From Alphaproteobacteria bacterium (GTDB taxonomy: Bacteria; Pseudomonadota; Alphaproteobacteria; MPNO01; UBA830): a stretch of DNA of 64,000 bases. Each line of letters starts with the position of its first letter. The stretch's first letter is position 1. Positions 41,324-51,561 of the stretch are shown one piece after another. The stretch spans positions 2,528,001 to 2,592,000 of the forward strand of contig OZ219791.1 in the NCBI GenBank assembly GCA_964291215.2, in the 5' to 3' direction. Made by a program: the position numbers and the translations under genes. Below the pieces are notes generated by a model. That model saw only the letters and a program-made list of their open reading frames with translations. It searched no databases and had not been told where the DNA came from.

Positions 41324-42589
41324 TCAGGCCCGGAGAAGCCCGTCGCGCCGCAAAGCCCGGGCATAGAGCAGGAGCATGCACCCGAGCATCAGCGCGGCGC
41401 TCGCCGCGAGCGACCAGTGGATGCCGATCAGGCCACCCCCGAAACCGACAATGAACCCGGAGAACGTGCGGCAGCCGAGGCTGCCGACATTGAACAGGCC
41501 GACAGCGCGGCCGCGGATCTCGGGCGGCGCATGAAGCTGCGCCAGAGTGCGTGTCATCGAGTTGAACGACAGGTCAAGGAATCCGGCGCACGCCAGCAGC
41601 AAGAGCGAAAGCGCGTAGCTCTCCGACAGCGCGAAACCAAAGATCGCACCGGCCCACAGGAAGCCGAGGATGAACGAGGTGCGCGTCCGCGCCTGCAGCA
41701 GGCTGCCGGCCTCTAGCACCATGCCAGCGGTGAGCGCGCCGGCTGCGTTGGCGGCGAGAAGCAGGCTGTAATGGAGGCTCTCGCCGCCATGGCCGAGGTG
41801 ATGCGCGAAGCCCGGCATCTGCGGCTCGTGCGCATTGCCGACGAAGAAGGCGGCGAGGCCGGCAAGGACGGACATATAGAAGACGACCGGGAGCCCGGAA
41901 ATCTGGCGCACCGTGTCGGCCATGTCGCGGAATCCGCTCATGGGCGCCCCCGGCGCTGCCCGCCCGGTGTGAATCTCGCGCGGGTTGCGGATCAGCCATA
42001 GCGTGAGCGGAAGGTAGATGAGGACGTTGATCAGAATCCCGGCCGTCGGACCGACCGCCAGCAGCAGCCCGCCGCCGACCGCGGGGCCGAGCAGCAGCCC
42101 GAGGGTCCGCGAGGTTGCGAGCAGGCGGATTGCGCTCTGCAGCTGGCGGTCGCCAACGATGTTATGAATCAGCACCTGTCCGGCCGGCGCCCACAGCACG
42201 CCGGCAAGCCCGTGGATGACAAGCAGGATGACGGCATGCCATCTCTCGAGGCTGTCGGTCGCGAACAGGATCCCCCAGGCCAGAGAACCGAGCATGAAAA
42301 GTACCATGGCGGCCTGGATGATACGCCGCGGATCGTAGCGGTCGGCGAGGGCGCCTGCCCACATCGAGCACAGGAGGAACGGCAGCCAGTGCGCGATCAC
42401 TGCGAATCCCGCGAGCAACGGCGACTGGAACCGCTCGAAGATGATCCAGTAGCTGATCACGTGCTCGACGCTGTCCGCCATCATCGCCAGCGCCGCCGCA
42501 AGAAGGTAGGTCCGCGATGCGGGATGGCGGAGCGCGGCGTAGGCACGCCGGTCCGGGCCGGCGGATTGTCGGGAGGACTCTGCGCTCAT
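41324..42589 (-). CDS. MFS transporter
   Basis: AGALADRYDPRR motif A, about 12 TM segments, APPEIRGR; start ATG 42589. Confidence 0.88.
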   Translation of the reverse strand: MSAESSRQSAGPDRRAYAALRHPASRTYLLAAALAMMADSVEHVISYWIIFERFQSPLLAGFAVIAHWLPFLLCSMWAGALADRYDPRRIIQAAMVLFMLGSLAWGILFATDSLERWHAVILLVIHGLAGVLWAPAGQVLIHNIVGDRQLQSAIRLLATSRTLGLLLGPAVGGGLLLAVGPTAGILINVLIYLPLTLWLIRNPREIHTGRAAPGAPMSGFRDMADTVRQISGLPVVFYMSVLAGLAAFFVGNAHEPQMPGFAHHLGHGGESLHYSLLLAANAAGALTAGMVLEAGSLLQARTRTSFILGFLWAGAIFGFALSESYALSLLLLACAGFLDLSFNSMTRTLAQLHAPPEIRGRAVGLFNVGSLGCRTFSGFIVGFGGGLIGIHWSLAASAALMLGCMLLLYARALRRDGLLRA

Positions 42590-42744
42590 CGGATCTCGGC
42601 TGTTCCCGGGCGGACCGGCCGGGCAGGTGGCGGGGTGCGCGGTTCCGCCGCCGCCCTGCGATCGTCGCGCCCGCACCGACGGCCGGAACCGGACCGTACT
42701 ATGTGTGAGACCATGCCCGACATCAACCGCAACCCGTCCCGACC

Positions 42745-42929
42745 CAGGACTTTCCACGCTGCATTCGATCTTGCGACTGCTGATGGAGGGAGGTTGCACA
42801 GCCTGCCGGGTTTTCTGGCCGCGGGCCGTTCACGGGTCGCCGCAGCCGGAAAACAGGCCAGGAATGCGGAAATGTGTGCCCCGCTCAGCGGTCATTCAAG
42901 ACATCAACCACAGCGTGGGGAAGGTCCTG
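42745..42929. mobile_element. ~185-bp MITE-like repeat, copy 1
   Basis: Ends CAGGACTTTCCACGCTG / CAGCGTGGGGAAGGTCCTG; highly similar to 48913-49093. Confidence 0.75.
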
Positions 42930-42930
42930 T

Positions 42931-43803
42931 TCAGGTCGGGGGCGGTTTCCGGTAGCGCCGCGCGCGCTCCAGCAATCGCTCGGCTCGCAGAACGATCGGC
43001 AGTTCGATCATCCGGCCCTCGTGCCGCACCGCGCCCTTCCCGGTCCTCTCGCCTTGCCTGGCAGCGGCAACCAGGCGTTCGGCGGTCGCCAGTTCTTCGT
43101 CGGTTGGCGTGAATACCTTGTTGAGGCGTTCGATCTGGCCCGGATGGGCAGCGAACCCGCCTTCGGACCCCATCTGCCGGCCGCCCAGCGCGGCGGCTTC
43201 GAAGGCATCCATATCGGTGAGATTGGTGAGCGATTCCGGGACGATCAGCGGCGCCACGCCGGCGGCGCGCGCCGCCTCGGCCATCGACAGCGCTGTCATG
43301 GTCAGCAATTCCCTCGACGGCAGCGCCTGCATATCGGTCAGATAGTCGTCGATGCCGAAGCCGACGCCTGCGACCCGGCCCGATGCGCGCAGAATGCTGT
43401 CTGCGTCGCGCACTCCCAGCGCGGTCTCGACGATCGGCACGATCCGGACACTGCCCTTCGGGAGGGATTTTTCCGCTTCCAGTTCGCCGACAATCGCGTC
43501 GATCGCCAGGACCTGCGCCGACGATTCGCAAAGCGGAACGACGATGGCCCTGACGCCTGGCCCGACGGCGTATTCGAGATCGTTCAGCGCGGGGCGCCAG
43601 AGCGCGTTGATCCGGACCAGAACATCCTGCCCCGCAGCATAGAGCCGCTCTATCGCCGACGGCAGCGCGGCCCGCGCCTCGTCCTTCCGGTGGGCGGCGA
43701 TGCTCGCCTCGAGATCAAGCACGATGGCGTCCGCGCCGCGTTCGGCGGCCTTCGCCAGGAAGCGCTCCTCGAGCACCGGCATGAACAGGAGTGAGCGCCA
43801 CAT
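42931..43803 (-). CDS. CitE/HpcH-family CoA-ester lyase
   Basis: WRSLLFMP, GADAIVLDLE, VLVRIN, PIVET, HPGQI. Confidence 0.85.
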   Translation of the reverse strand: MWRSLLFMPVLEERFLAKAAERGADAIVLDLEASIAAHRKDEARAALPSAIERLYAAGQDVLVRINALWRPALNDLEYAVGPGVRAIVVPLCESSAQVLAIDAIVGELEAEKSLPKGSVRIVPIVETALGVRDADSILRASGRVAGVGFGIDDYLTDMQALPSRELLTMTALSMAEAARAAGVAPLIVPESLTNLTDMDAFEAAALGGRQMGSEGGFAAHPGQIERLNKVFTPTDEELATAERLVAAARQGERTGKGAVRHEGRMIELPIVLRAERLLERARRYRKPPPT

Positions 43804-45008
43804 CAGACGATCCCCGCGTCGCGCAGCCGGGCCCGGTCCGCCGCGCTGCGGCCGAGCAGGGCCAGCACCTCGTCGGTATGCTCGCCGAGTTCGGGCGCCG
43901 GCGTGCGGATCGTCCCCGGCGTTTCGCTCAGCCGCGGGAACGGCGTGTGCAGCGGGATCGTGCCGTGATCGGCGTCGGGATAGTCCTCGGCGACGGCGCG
44001 ACCGCGGATATACTCGTGGTCGATCAGGTCCGTCGGATCGCAGATCGGCCCGACGGTGACGCCGGCGGCCCCGAAATGGTCGAGATTTTCCCGCAGCGTC
44101 CTCGCGCTGATGAAGCCGCCGACGATCCCGTCGAGTTCATCCATGTTGTCGACGCGGTCGCGCCCGGAGCGGAAGCGCGAATCCTCGATCAATTCCCGGC
44201 GCCCGATGGCGATGGCCACCTTCTGCCACATGGACTGCATCGAGGCCGACAGGGCGAGATATTTGCCGTCGGCGCACCGGTAGGCGTTGCGCGGCGCGGC
44301 GATCTTGCTTCGGTTGCCTTCGCGGATCGGAATCTTGCCGTTGGCCTTGTAATGCGCCAGCCAGGGGCCGATCACGCTGAACAGGGGCTCGAACAGGGAC
44401 ACGTCGACGACCTGTCCCCGAACCCGGCCGCTGTCGCGCGCAAAGAGGGCGACGACCGACGCGCCGAAGCCGGCGATGCCGGCGATCATGTCGGCGAGCG
44501 CCATCGGTGGCAGGAGGGGCGGCTTGTCCTCGAAGCCCGTCATGGCGGCAAAGCCGGTCAGCGCTTCAACCAGGGTGCCGAAGCCCGGCTTGTCGGCGTA
44601 GGGGCCGGTCTGTCCGTAGCCAGAGACACGGACGATCACGAGGCCGGGCTGCGTCTTCCAGAGTTCCTCGGGGCCGAGGCCCCATTTCTCCAGGGTTCCG
44701 GGCACGAAATTCTCGACCAGCATGTCCGACCGGGCGATCAGATCGTTGAGGAGGGCGGCGCCCTCCTCTTGCCGGAAATCGAGCGTGAAGCTCTTCTTGG
44801 AGCGGGCGTATTCCTTCCACCATACCCGCCCTTCGCCGAAGTCGCGCAGATCGTCCCCGGTGCCGGGGCGTTCGATCTTGATAACCTCCGCCCCGAAATC
44901 GGCGAGCATGCGCGTGACCATGTTTCCGGCCGCCAGCCGGGTCATGTCGACGACGCGGACGCCGGCCAGCGGGCCTTCCGATTCGGGCCAGTATTCGCCG
45001 TTCTGCAT
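43803..45008 (-). CDS. CaiB/BaiF family III CoA-transferase
   Basis: PLAGVRVVD, LADFGAEVIKIE, ENFVPG, VSGYGQTGPY, APELGEHT; start ATG 45008. Confidence 0.9.
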   Translation of the reverse strand: MQNGEYWPESEGPLAGVRVVDMTRLAAGNMVTRMLADFGAEVIKIERPGTGDDLRDFGEGRVWWKEYARSKKSFTLDFRQEEGAALLNDLIARSDMLVENFVPGTLEKWGLGPEELWKTQPGLVIVRVSGYGQTGPYADKPGFGTLVEALTGFAAMTGFEDKPPLLPPMALADMIAGIAGFGASVVALFARDSGRVRGQVVDVSLFEPLFSVIGPWLAHYKANGKIPIREGNRSKIAAPRNAYRCADGKYLALSASMQSMWQKVAIAIGRRELIEDSRFRSGRDRVDNMDELDGIVGGFISARTLRENLDHFGAAGVTVGPICDPTDLIDHEYIRGRAVAEDYPDADHGTIPLHTPFPRLSETPGTIRTPAPELGEHTDEVLALLGRSAADRARLRDAGIV

Positions 45009-45076
45009 TTGCAATGCTCCCGCGGGGCCCGGACCCGCGCCCGTGCGTTTCGTGCCTCCCGCCGAAAACCGGCGCG

Positions 45077-46366
45077 TCACATGAGCGTACCGGGCAGCCA
45101 GGTCGAAAGGAACGGCACATAGGCGACAAGCGCCAGAACGATGAGCTGAATCAGGAAAAACGGCAGGGATTCCCGGATCACCTCGGTCAGCGGCGCGCCG
45201 GACATGTTCGTGACCATGAACAGGATGATGCCTACGGGCGGCGTCAGCAGGGCGATGCCGAGGCACAGGACGAAGACGGGCGCGAAATGCAGCGGGTCGA
45301 TGCCGACCGCTTCGACGGCCGGGAACAGGACCGGCACGAAGATGAAGACCATGCCCAGCGTGTCCAGTCCGCAGCCGATGATGAGCAGGAACGCGATGAC
45401 CAGCAGCATTACCGTTTGGGGATCGGTCGAGATCGCGCCGATCAGGTCGACCAGCTGGTCCCCCATGCCGGTGTTGAGCACGACCCAGCTGAAAAAAGAC
45501 GCCGGTGCCAGCAGGATCAGCAGGTTTCCCGCGCCTTGGCTCGTCTCCACGAAAAACTCCCAAGTGCGCTTCAGGGTCAGTTCCCGGTAGGACAGCGAGA
45601 CCAGCAGGGCGTAGATGCAGGCAAGAACGCCGGTTTCCGTGACCGTCACGACGCCGAACAGGATCCCGCCGACCACGATCGCCGGCATGGCAAGCGCGGA
45701 GAGTCCTGAAACGGTGGCGTTGAGGATTTCCCGACCGGTCGACCGCCGCGGCGCCCGCGGATAATCCCGCGCGATGCTCAGCCACAGCGACAGTCCCATG
45801 AGGCCGATGCCCAGGAGCAGGCCGGGGAGGGCGCCGGCCAGGAACAGCGAGCCGATCGGCACTTCGGCCATGACGCCGATCACGATCATGGCGATGCTGG
45901 GCGGAATGATGTGACCGATCGTGGACGACGCGCCGGTCACCGCAGCCGCGTAGGCCGCGGAATAGCCCTCTTTCTTCATCGCCGGAATGAGGACGCTGCC
46001 GATGGCGGACGTATCCGCGACGCAGGATCCGGAAACACCGGCGAAAAACATGCTGCCGGTCACGTTCACCATGGAAAGGCTGCCCGGCACGCGGCCGATG
46101 AGGACGCGCGAGAAGTGGAGCAGCCGCGCAGTCAGCCCGCCGGACGTCATGATGGCGCCGGCCAGGAAAAACAGGGGAATGGCCATGAGGCCGTAATGCT
46201 CCAGCCCGACGACCATCTGCAGGGGCAGCATGACCAGCATGTCGAGTTGGCCGGTGACCGTCAGGTAGAAGGCCGCCGCCATGCCCATCGAGAAGGTCAC
46301 GGGTACGCCGATCAGCATCAGGAACAGGAGGGACGAGAACAGGATGAAGATATCCATCGGACTCAC
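45077..46366 (-). CDS. dctM: TRAP transporter large permease (DctM family)
   Basis: LMAIPLFFLAG, FAGVSGSCVAD, IIPPSI, LTPPVG. Confidence 0.9.
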   Translation of the reverse strand: MSPMDIFILFSSLLFLMLIGVPVTFSMGMAAAFYLTVTGQLDMLVMLPLQMVVGLEHYGLMAIPLFFLAGAIMTSGGLTARLLHFSRVLIGRVPGSLSMVNVTGSMFFAGVSGSCVADTSAIGSVLIPAMKKEGYSAAYAAAVTGASSTIGHIIPPSIAMIVIGVMAEVPIGSLFLAGALPGLLLGIGLMGLSLWLSIARDYPRAPRRSTGREILNATVSGLSALAMPAIVVGGILFGVVTVTETGVLACIYALLVSLSYRELTLKRTWEFFVETSQGAGNLLILLAPASFFSWVVLNTGMGDQLVDLIGAISTDPQTVMLLVIAFLLIIGCGLDTLGMVFIFVPVLFPAVEAVGIDPLHFAPVFVLCLGIALLTPPVGIILFMVTNMSGAPLTEVIRESLPFFLIQLIVLALVAYVPFLSTWLPGTLM

Positions 46367-46887
46367 CCGTCCTGATCCGGGAAATAATACTGTCCGATCT
46401 GGCGAACGAAGACCCGGATGACTTGCAGAGTCATCACGCTACCGAGTACCGGGACCACCATGAACAAGTAGTCCCGGGTAAAGGGCAGGGTGTCGTAGAT
46501 GGCCGAGCCTTGCAGCTCGATGACCTCGAAACTCTTGTAGATGACGATCAGCAGAAACAGGGCGCACGCTAGGCTGATTCCCGGCATGAGAAGCCGCTGG
46601 ATGTCGTGCGGCAAGTATCTTTCCGCCAGTTCCACGCGGACCTGGGTCTGGTTCCGGATGCCGGCGGCGCCACCGAACCAGATCGCCCAGATGAACAGGA
46701 ACATCGAAAGAGGCGTCGCCCAGACCAGGGGCGCGGCAAGGATGTAGCGAAAGAAGATCTGCAGGCAGAGAACGACGATCATGCCCAGAAATGCCACGAC
46801 GCCGAGATAATCGAACGCCCGGTCGAAGGCATGGACTAAGCGCCGCGCACGATCGCTCGCGTCCAGAATCGTGGCCCGGTCTGTCAT
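46363..46887 (-). CDS. dctQ: TRAP transporter small permease (DctQ family)
   Basis: QIFFRY...PLVW, 4 TM segments; lies between the dctP and dctM homologues; start ATG 46887. Confidence 0.85.
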   Translation of the reverse strand: MTDRATILDASDRARRLVHAFDRAFDYLGVVAFLGMIVVLCLQIFFRYILAAPLVWATPLSMFLFIWAIWFGGAAGIRNQTQVRVELAERYLPHDIQRLLMPGISLACALFLLIVIYKSFEVIELQGSAIYDTLPFTRDYLFMVVPVLGSVMTLQVIRVFVRQIGQYYFPDQDG

Positions 46888-46930
46888 GGCATCCCTCCCG
46901 GTACGCGGGAACCGGGAGGTCTGGGCGGCC

Positions 46931-47932
46931 CTACTGCCGGTATTCGGCGAGCTGCTTCTGGACCCGGTCCATGAAGCCCTTGTCCCACTTGCTGCCGTCC
47001 AGGGACTTCCAGACCGTCCTGGCGACATCGATAAACGGCATTTTGTCGACGTCCAGAACCGTCATGCCCTTTTCCTTGACGCCCTTGAAGGCGGCATCCA
47101 TGGATTTCTTCAGTTCGGCATCGCTGTAGGCGGCGGCGGCTTTCAGGCCTTCGCTGACCGCCTTCTTCAGGCTGTCCGGCCATTTCTGTGCCTTCTTCTC
47201 GCCGATGAAGAGCATCCAGGCGCCGAGCGCATGGTCCGTCTTCGAGAAGTACTTCTGAACCGAGTACAGCCCGCGCGGATAGACGACCTCGATACCGTTA
47301 TCCTGACCTTCCACCAGCCCGGTCCTGGCGGCGGTGAAGAACTCCGAGAACGGCATCGGAGTCGGGACCGCGCCCAGCGCCTTGAAGAAGGCGACGAATG
47401 GCGGCGAGCCGGGAACCCGCATTTTCAGGCCCTTCATGTCCGCCGGGCTCCGCACGGGTGTGTTGGCCGTGGTGATCGCCCGCGGCGACCGGGCACCCAT
47501 ATAGCCGACCAGCTTGACGCCGCCAGCTGCAAACTGCCCGACCATTTCCGCGAACAGGGGGCTATCCAGAAATTTGATGAATTCCGCCTGGCTCTGGAAG
47601 CAATAGGGCGCGGAAATCGCGCCGAAGTTCCGGCCTTCCTTGAAATAGGTCGGCTGGGCGTTCGTGCCCTGGTACAGGTCCAGGGTACCCAGCTTGAGCA
47701 TCTGCATCATCTCCTTGCCGCTGCCGAGCTGCTGGCTGGGAAAGAGCTTGATGGTGTATTCGCCGCCGGTCTTCGTCTTGACGTGTTCGGCCAGCTTTTC
47801 GGCGGCCTTGTAGGCCAGCGACTTGTTGGAAACCAGAAGCCCCATGCGCAATGTCTTGGCGTCCGCTTCCAGCGGAACGAAGGCCGCGACGGCAAAGGCG
47901 GCGGCCACGGCGACGGGCAGCATTTTCTTCAT
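46931..47932 (-). CDS. dctP: TRAP transporter substrate-binding protein (DctP family)
   Basis: Signal peptide, LFPSQQLG, DMKGLKMRV, GAVPTPM, GLVEGQDN; start ATG 47932 with GGAAGG RBS. Confidence 0.9.
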   Translation of the reverse strand: MKKMLPVAVAAAFAVAAFVPLEADAKTLRMGLLVSNKSLAYKAAEKLAEHVKTKTGGEYTIKLFPSQQLGSGKEMMQMLKLGTLDLYQGTNAQPTYFKEGRNFGAISAPYCFQSQAEFIKFLDSPLFAEMVGQFAAGGVKLVGYMGARSPRAITTANTPVRSPADMKGLKMRVPGSPPFVAFFKALGAVPTPMPFSEFFTAARTGLVEGQDNGIEVVYPRGLYSVQKYFSKTDHALGAWMLFIGEKKAQKWPDSLKKAVSEGLKAAAAYSDAELKKSMDAAFKGVKEKGMTVLDVDKMPFIDVARTVWKSLDGSKWDKGFMDRVQKQLAEYRQ

Positions 47933-48698
47933 GCCCTTCCTCCGTTTCGGTTTGAGATCGGGCGCTGGAAATCGCACCCTCAAAGCAAGCTGGCGGCAAC
48001 CGTATTTGGCCGAACGGGGGATGTCAAACCGGCTCCCGCTGCCAGCCGACCGGAGAGTCGCAAAGATAATGACCGAATCCGCGCGAGTGCTTCTTCCAGC
48101 GCTTCCGGCAGCTCGGTATCGAAGCCGGGACCGTGCCCTATCCGGCGCACCGGATCGTCGAAGAGTGCAAAGCGCATCGCGGTGGTGTGCTACGAAGACA
48201 ACAGGAGGTGAAGGTGTAGCCAACTGGAAGTCATGCTGTGCAAGAGATGAGGGTGGGCCCCTTGGAGCCCGCCGTATAGGCGGAGGCTTCAAACCGCCCA
48301 CGGCTGCTGTGCTCAAGAGACACGGTGGTGAGCGCGCTGGGAAAAGGCCGGCCATCAGAGTCGGTCAGGTGAGCAAGTCAGAGCTGAACGCGAGTGAACC
48401 ACTGATAATGCGTCGTCAGGCGTAAGTGGCGTCAAAAGCGGGGAAAGTACCTCGTCCTCGGGACGAGTTCGGGAGGAGCCCGTTTATGGCCCGGACGGCG
48501 CCCGGCATTCAGGTGGCAGGACTTTCTTGCAGGCTCTTGCATGGAACGTGGGAACCTGTCGTTTCGATGCAAAGGGAGACCCGCAACCGGAGGCTCCGGG
48601 AGCGGCAGAGTACCGATGCGGGGCACAAGGACGGAGCGATCCGTAATAGTGACGAAGGATCTGTAATGGGTCTGGAGCGAAGGGGAGGCCTGCCTGAC

Positions 48699-48817
48699 GC
48701 AAGCGTTTGGTCACGCAGTGAGGCATAATGGAGCTGAGCGAATGCGGGCGAGATTCGGGACAGTGCGTAGTTGCCACCGTCATCCCCGTCACCGTCACCC
48801 ATTGACCGAACGCTTAC
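48699..48817. mobile_element. 119-bp MITE with IS66-type ends
   Basis: Ends GCAAGCGTTTGGTCA / TGACCGAACGCTTAC; 8-bp TSD TGCCTGAC (48691-48698, 48818-48825). Confidence 0.8.
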
Positions 48818-48912
48818 TGCCTGACTTGGAGAACCGGAACAACTGGCAACAGGAGGAACCCGATGACACAGGAAAAGCCGTCAGGCCTGGGCAGGAAGAG
48901 CCGTATGACGGG

Positions 48913-49093
48913 CAGGACTTTCCCACGCTGCATTCGATCTTGTCGACTGCTGATGGAGGGAGGTTGCACAGCCTGCCGGGTTTTCTGGCCGCGGGGCCGG
49001 GTCGCCGCAGCCGGAAAACCTGGCAAGAATGCGGAAATTTGTGCCCCGTTCAGCGGTCATTCAATACATCAACCACAGCGTGGGAAAGTCCTG
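48913..49093. mobile_element. 181-bp MITE-like repeat, copy 2
   Basis: Perfect 18-bp TIR CAGGACTTTCCCACGCTG / CAGCGTGGGAAAGTCCTG. Confidence 0.8.
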
Positions 49094-49316
49094 GTTCCGA
49101 CCCACGGCGATCCCATGCTGATTCCGAGACTCGAAATCCAAATGTGTTGGGGCTCGCGTAATCACATATCGCCCCTTGATCGCAATTTTTCGCGCCGAGA
49201 AAGTCTCATTGAGCCTTGGCGGCACGATTGCAGCGCGACGCAGACCGAAAAATCTCGCCGGTCGCCGCTGGATTAGCAGCGTGGGATCGTCGTGGGTTCC
49301 GACCGGTCCCGTATAT

Positions 49317-51496
49317 CTTTCAACTTATCACTGTAGACTCGAAGCAACTGATGCCGTATATACGGTTCCATGAGAATTGGCCTGCGACATTATGGCGGCG
49401 AGACGGTTGACTGGCTGAAGGCACGGCTTGGCGCCGGGGATTGCACGCGGACCTTCCTGGCACGTGAGCTCTGCGAGCGTGAGGACTGGCGGAACGCGAA
49501 GGGAGAACTATGCCTCGCCTCGGCCCGGGCCGCGCTTCCAAAGTTCTCCGCCGCACTCGGTCTGCCTCTGCCGGAGGCTCGTCCGATGGGAGGGGTAACC
49601 CCGGAGTCCCTGGCCCCGTCGCCGGATTATCCCGACAAGCACCTGTCGTGCCATCTCGGCGATCTTGGCGAGGTGGTTCCGGTTGCCGACGAGGACAAGT
49701 CGCTGGCGCGGTCGATGATGGCATCGCACCATCCCGAGGGCGATGCGGCCTGTCCCGGCGGGCGCATCCGCTACTGGATTCTCTCGTCCCTGCACGGCGT
49801 CCTCGGCGGCCTGGCGCTGCGTCCTGGCATCACAAAGCGCGGGACCTTCACATCGGCTGGCGGCGCGGGACGCTAACATCGGGCGGGTTGTCAACAATGA
49901 CAGGTTTCTTCTGCTTCCCGGCGTCCGTGGCGCTGTCGCTGTTCCATGATCGCGTGACTGGGAGGAGCGCTACGGTGTTCGCCTGGCGTACAGCTACGTG
50001 GGTGCGGAGCATACGGGCCAGAGCTACCGTGCGGCGGTGTGCTGCCGGACAAGAGGCCTCGGTTGCGGGTGTACATGAAGCCGCTGTCGGCGGACTGGAG
50101 GGAGTCTCTCGGGCGGGCGCCGGGCCGGGTGATCGGTTCAGGTCCGCCTCTCGCGTCAAGGGAGGATGCGACATGGGCCGAGACGGAGTACGGACGGAGC
50201 GCGCACAGCGACGCACGCAAGCGCCTTGTCACGATGGGCGAGGCCTGGTGCGGTCGTCCGGGTGCACCGCTGCCGATAATCTTTCCCGGCGAGGCGGAGC
50301 AGCAGGCGGCTTACAGGTTCCTGTCGAACCCGAGGATCGGCATGCAAGACATCCTTGAGCCACATCAGGAGGCGATGGTCGAGCGTTGCCAGTCTGTCGT
50401 GCTTGCGGTTCAGGACACAACGATGCTGAACTACAGCGAGGCGACGCAGGGCCTTGTCGACATCGGCGGCGGCGGCTCTGGAAGCAAGGGGATCGCGGCT
50501 CATGTCGGCGTTGCGTTCAGCGAGGGCGGCTGCGCACTGGGGGTATTCAGCCTTGATGCCGGCTTCCGTGCGGAGGACAAGGCAACGGCGGTGGAGGGCG
50601 AGGAAAGCGGACGCTGGACGGACGCCTTCGCCAAGTCCGCCGAGCTGGCCTGTCCGCGAACTCGCCCGTCTGCGACCGTGAGGGCGACATGTGGTCTCTT
50701 CTGTCGGAAGCCTGCGCCTCCGCGCCCAGCGGCTTCTGGTCCGCGCCAGCCGTTCGAGCCGGCGGCGGGCCATCACGGCGGACGGCAAGGTCAGGGACCT
50801 GTTCGCGCACGCGGCCGAATTGGATGTCGTCGCGGAGAAGACGATCGATCTGTGGCGGCCCCCGGACGCGCAAGGGGCGCAAGAACATCAAGCTGGAGCT
50901 GCGGGCTGGTCTCGTCGACCTCGTCCCGCCCTGGGCACGGCCCCACTCACCATGCTCGCAGTGCGCGTCCTGGAGAAGATGCCGCCAACAGGCAGGGACC
51001 GGCTCGACTGGTTGCTCTTGACCACCGAAGGTGAGCCCACGCAGGAGAACGCGATCCGCATCGTCGCCTGGTACGAGAAACGCTGGTTGATCGAAGAGTG
51101 GTTCGCGGCCGTCAAGACCGGAACGCGGATCAAAGACCGCAGGCTCAACGCCGCCGACGACCTGAGGAAGTGCCTCGCCTGCCATTACTGCATGCACCGT
51201 CATGTCCGTCGAGCGCCTCGCGCGGAGCGCATGCCGGCGCGCACGATCGTCCACGAGGACGAGATCCATGTCCTCGCCGTCCACATACCGAACCACCGCA
51301 GGCAACGCGGCCCCCGGATCAGGCGATCGCGGAGTTCGCCGTCAACACCGCGCGCCTCGCCGGATTCATCCCGTCGAAGCGCCAGCCCATGCCGGGCACC
51401 CACAAACTCTGGGAAGGATACCTGATCTTGTTCACTGAAAACTACCGGGCTATGCGCGACTACGCCAACATCGAGTCGACAGTGTACCATTGAAAG
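49317..51496 (+). mobile_element. Second IS4-family (Tn5-like) element with DUF4338-like N-terminus, degenerate
   Basis: IRs CTTTCAACTTATCACT / AGTGTACCATTGAAAG; 9-bp TSD CCCGTATAT; WAETEYG, YRFLSNP, LAVQDTT, WLLLTT, YEKRWLIEEWF..VKTG; RVVNNDRFLLLP. Confidence 0.85.
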
Positions 51497-51561
51497 CCCG
51501 TATATGCCCGCCGCTCGCGGCGTGGTAGAATGCGGACACAACCATCGTGGAGGTATTGGCG

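Larger units (their letters stand above)
48185..49105 (+). mobile_element. ORF-less group II intron remnant (resembles the RmInt1-type 5' RNA)
   Basis: 5' GTGTGC; GGAACGTGGGAACC, AGAGTACCGATGCG, GTAATGGG..GGAGCGAAGGGG elements; RBS plus ATGACACAGGAAAAGCCG joined to domain V start GAGCCGTATGACGGG; 3' ...CCGACCCAC. Confidence 0.7.
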
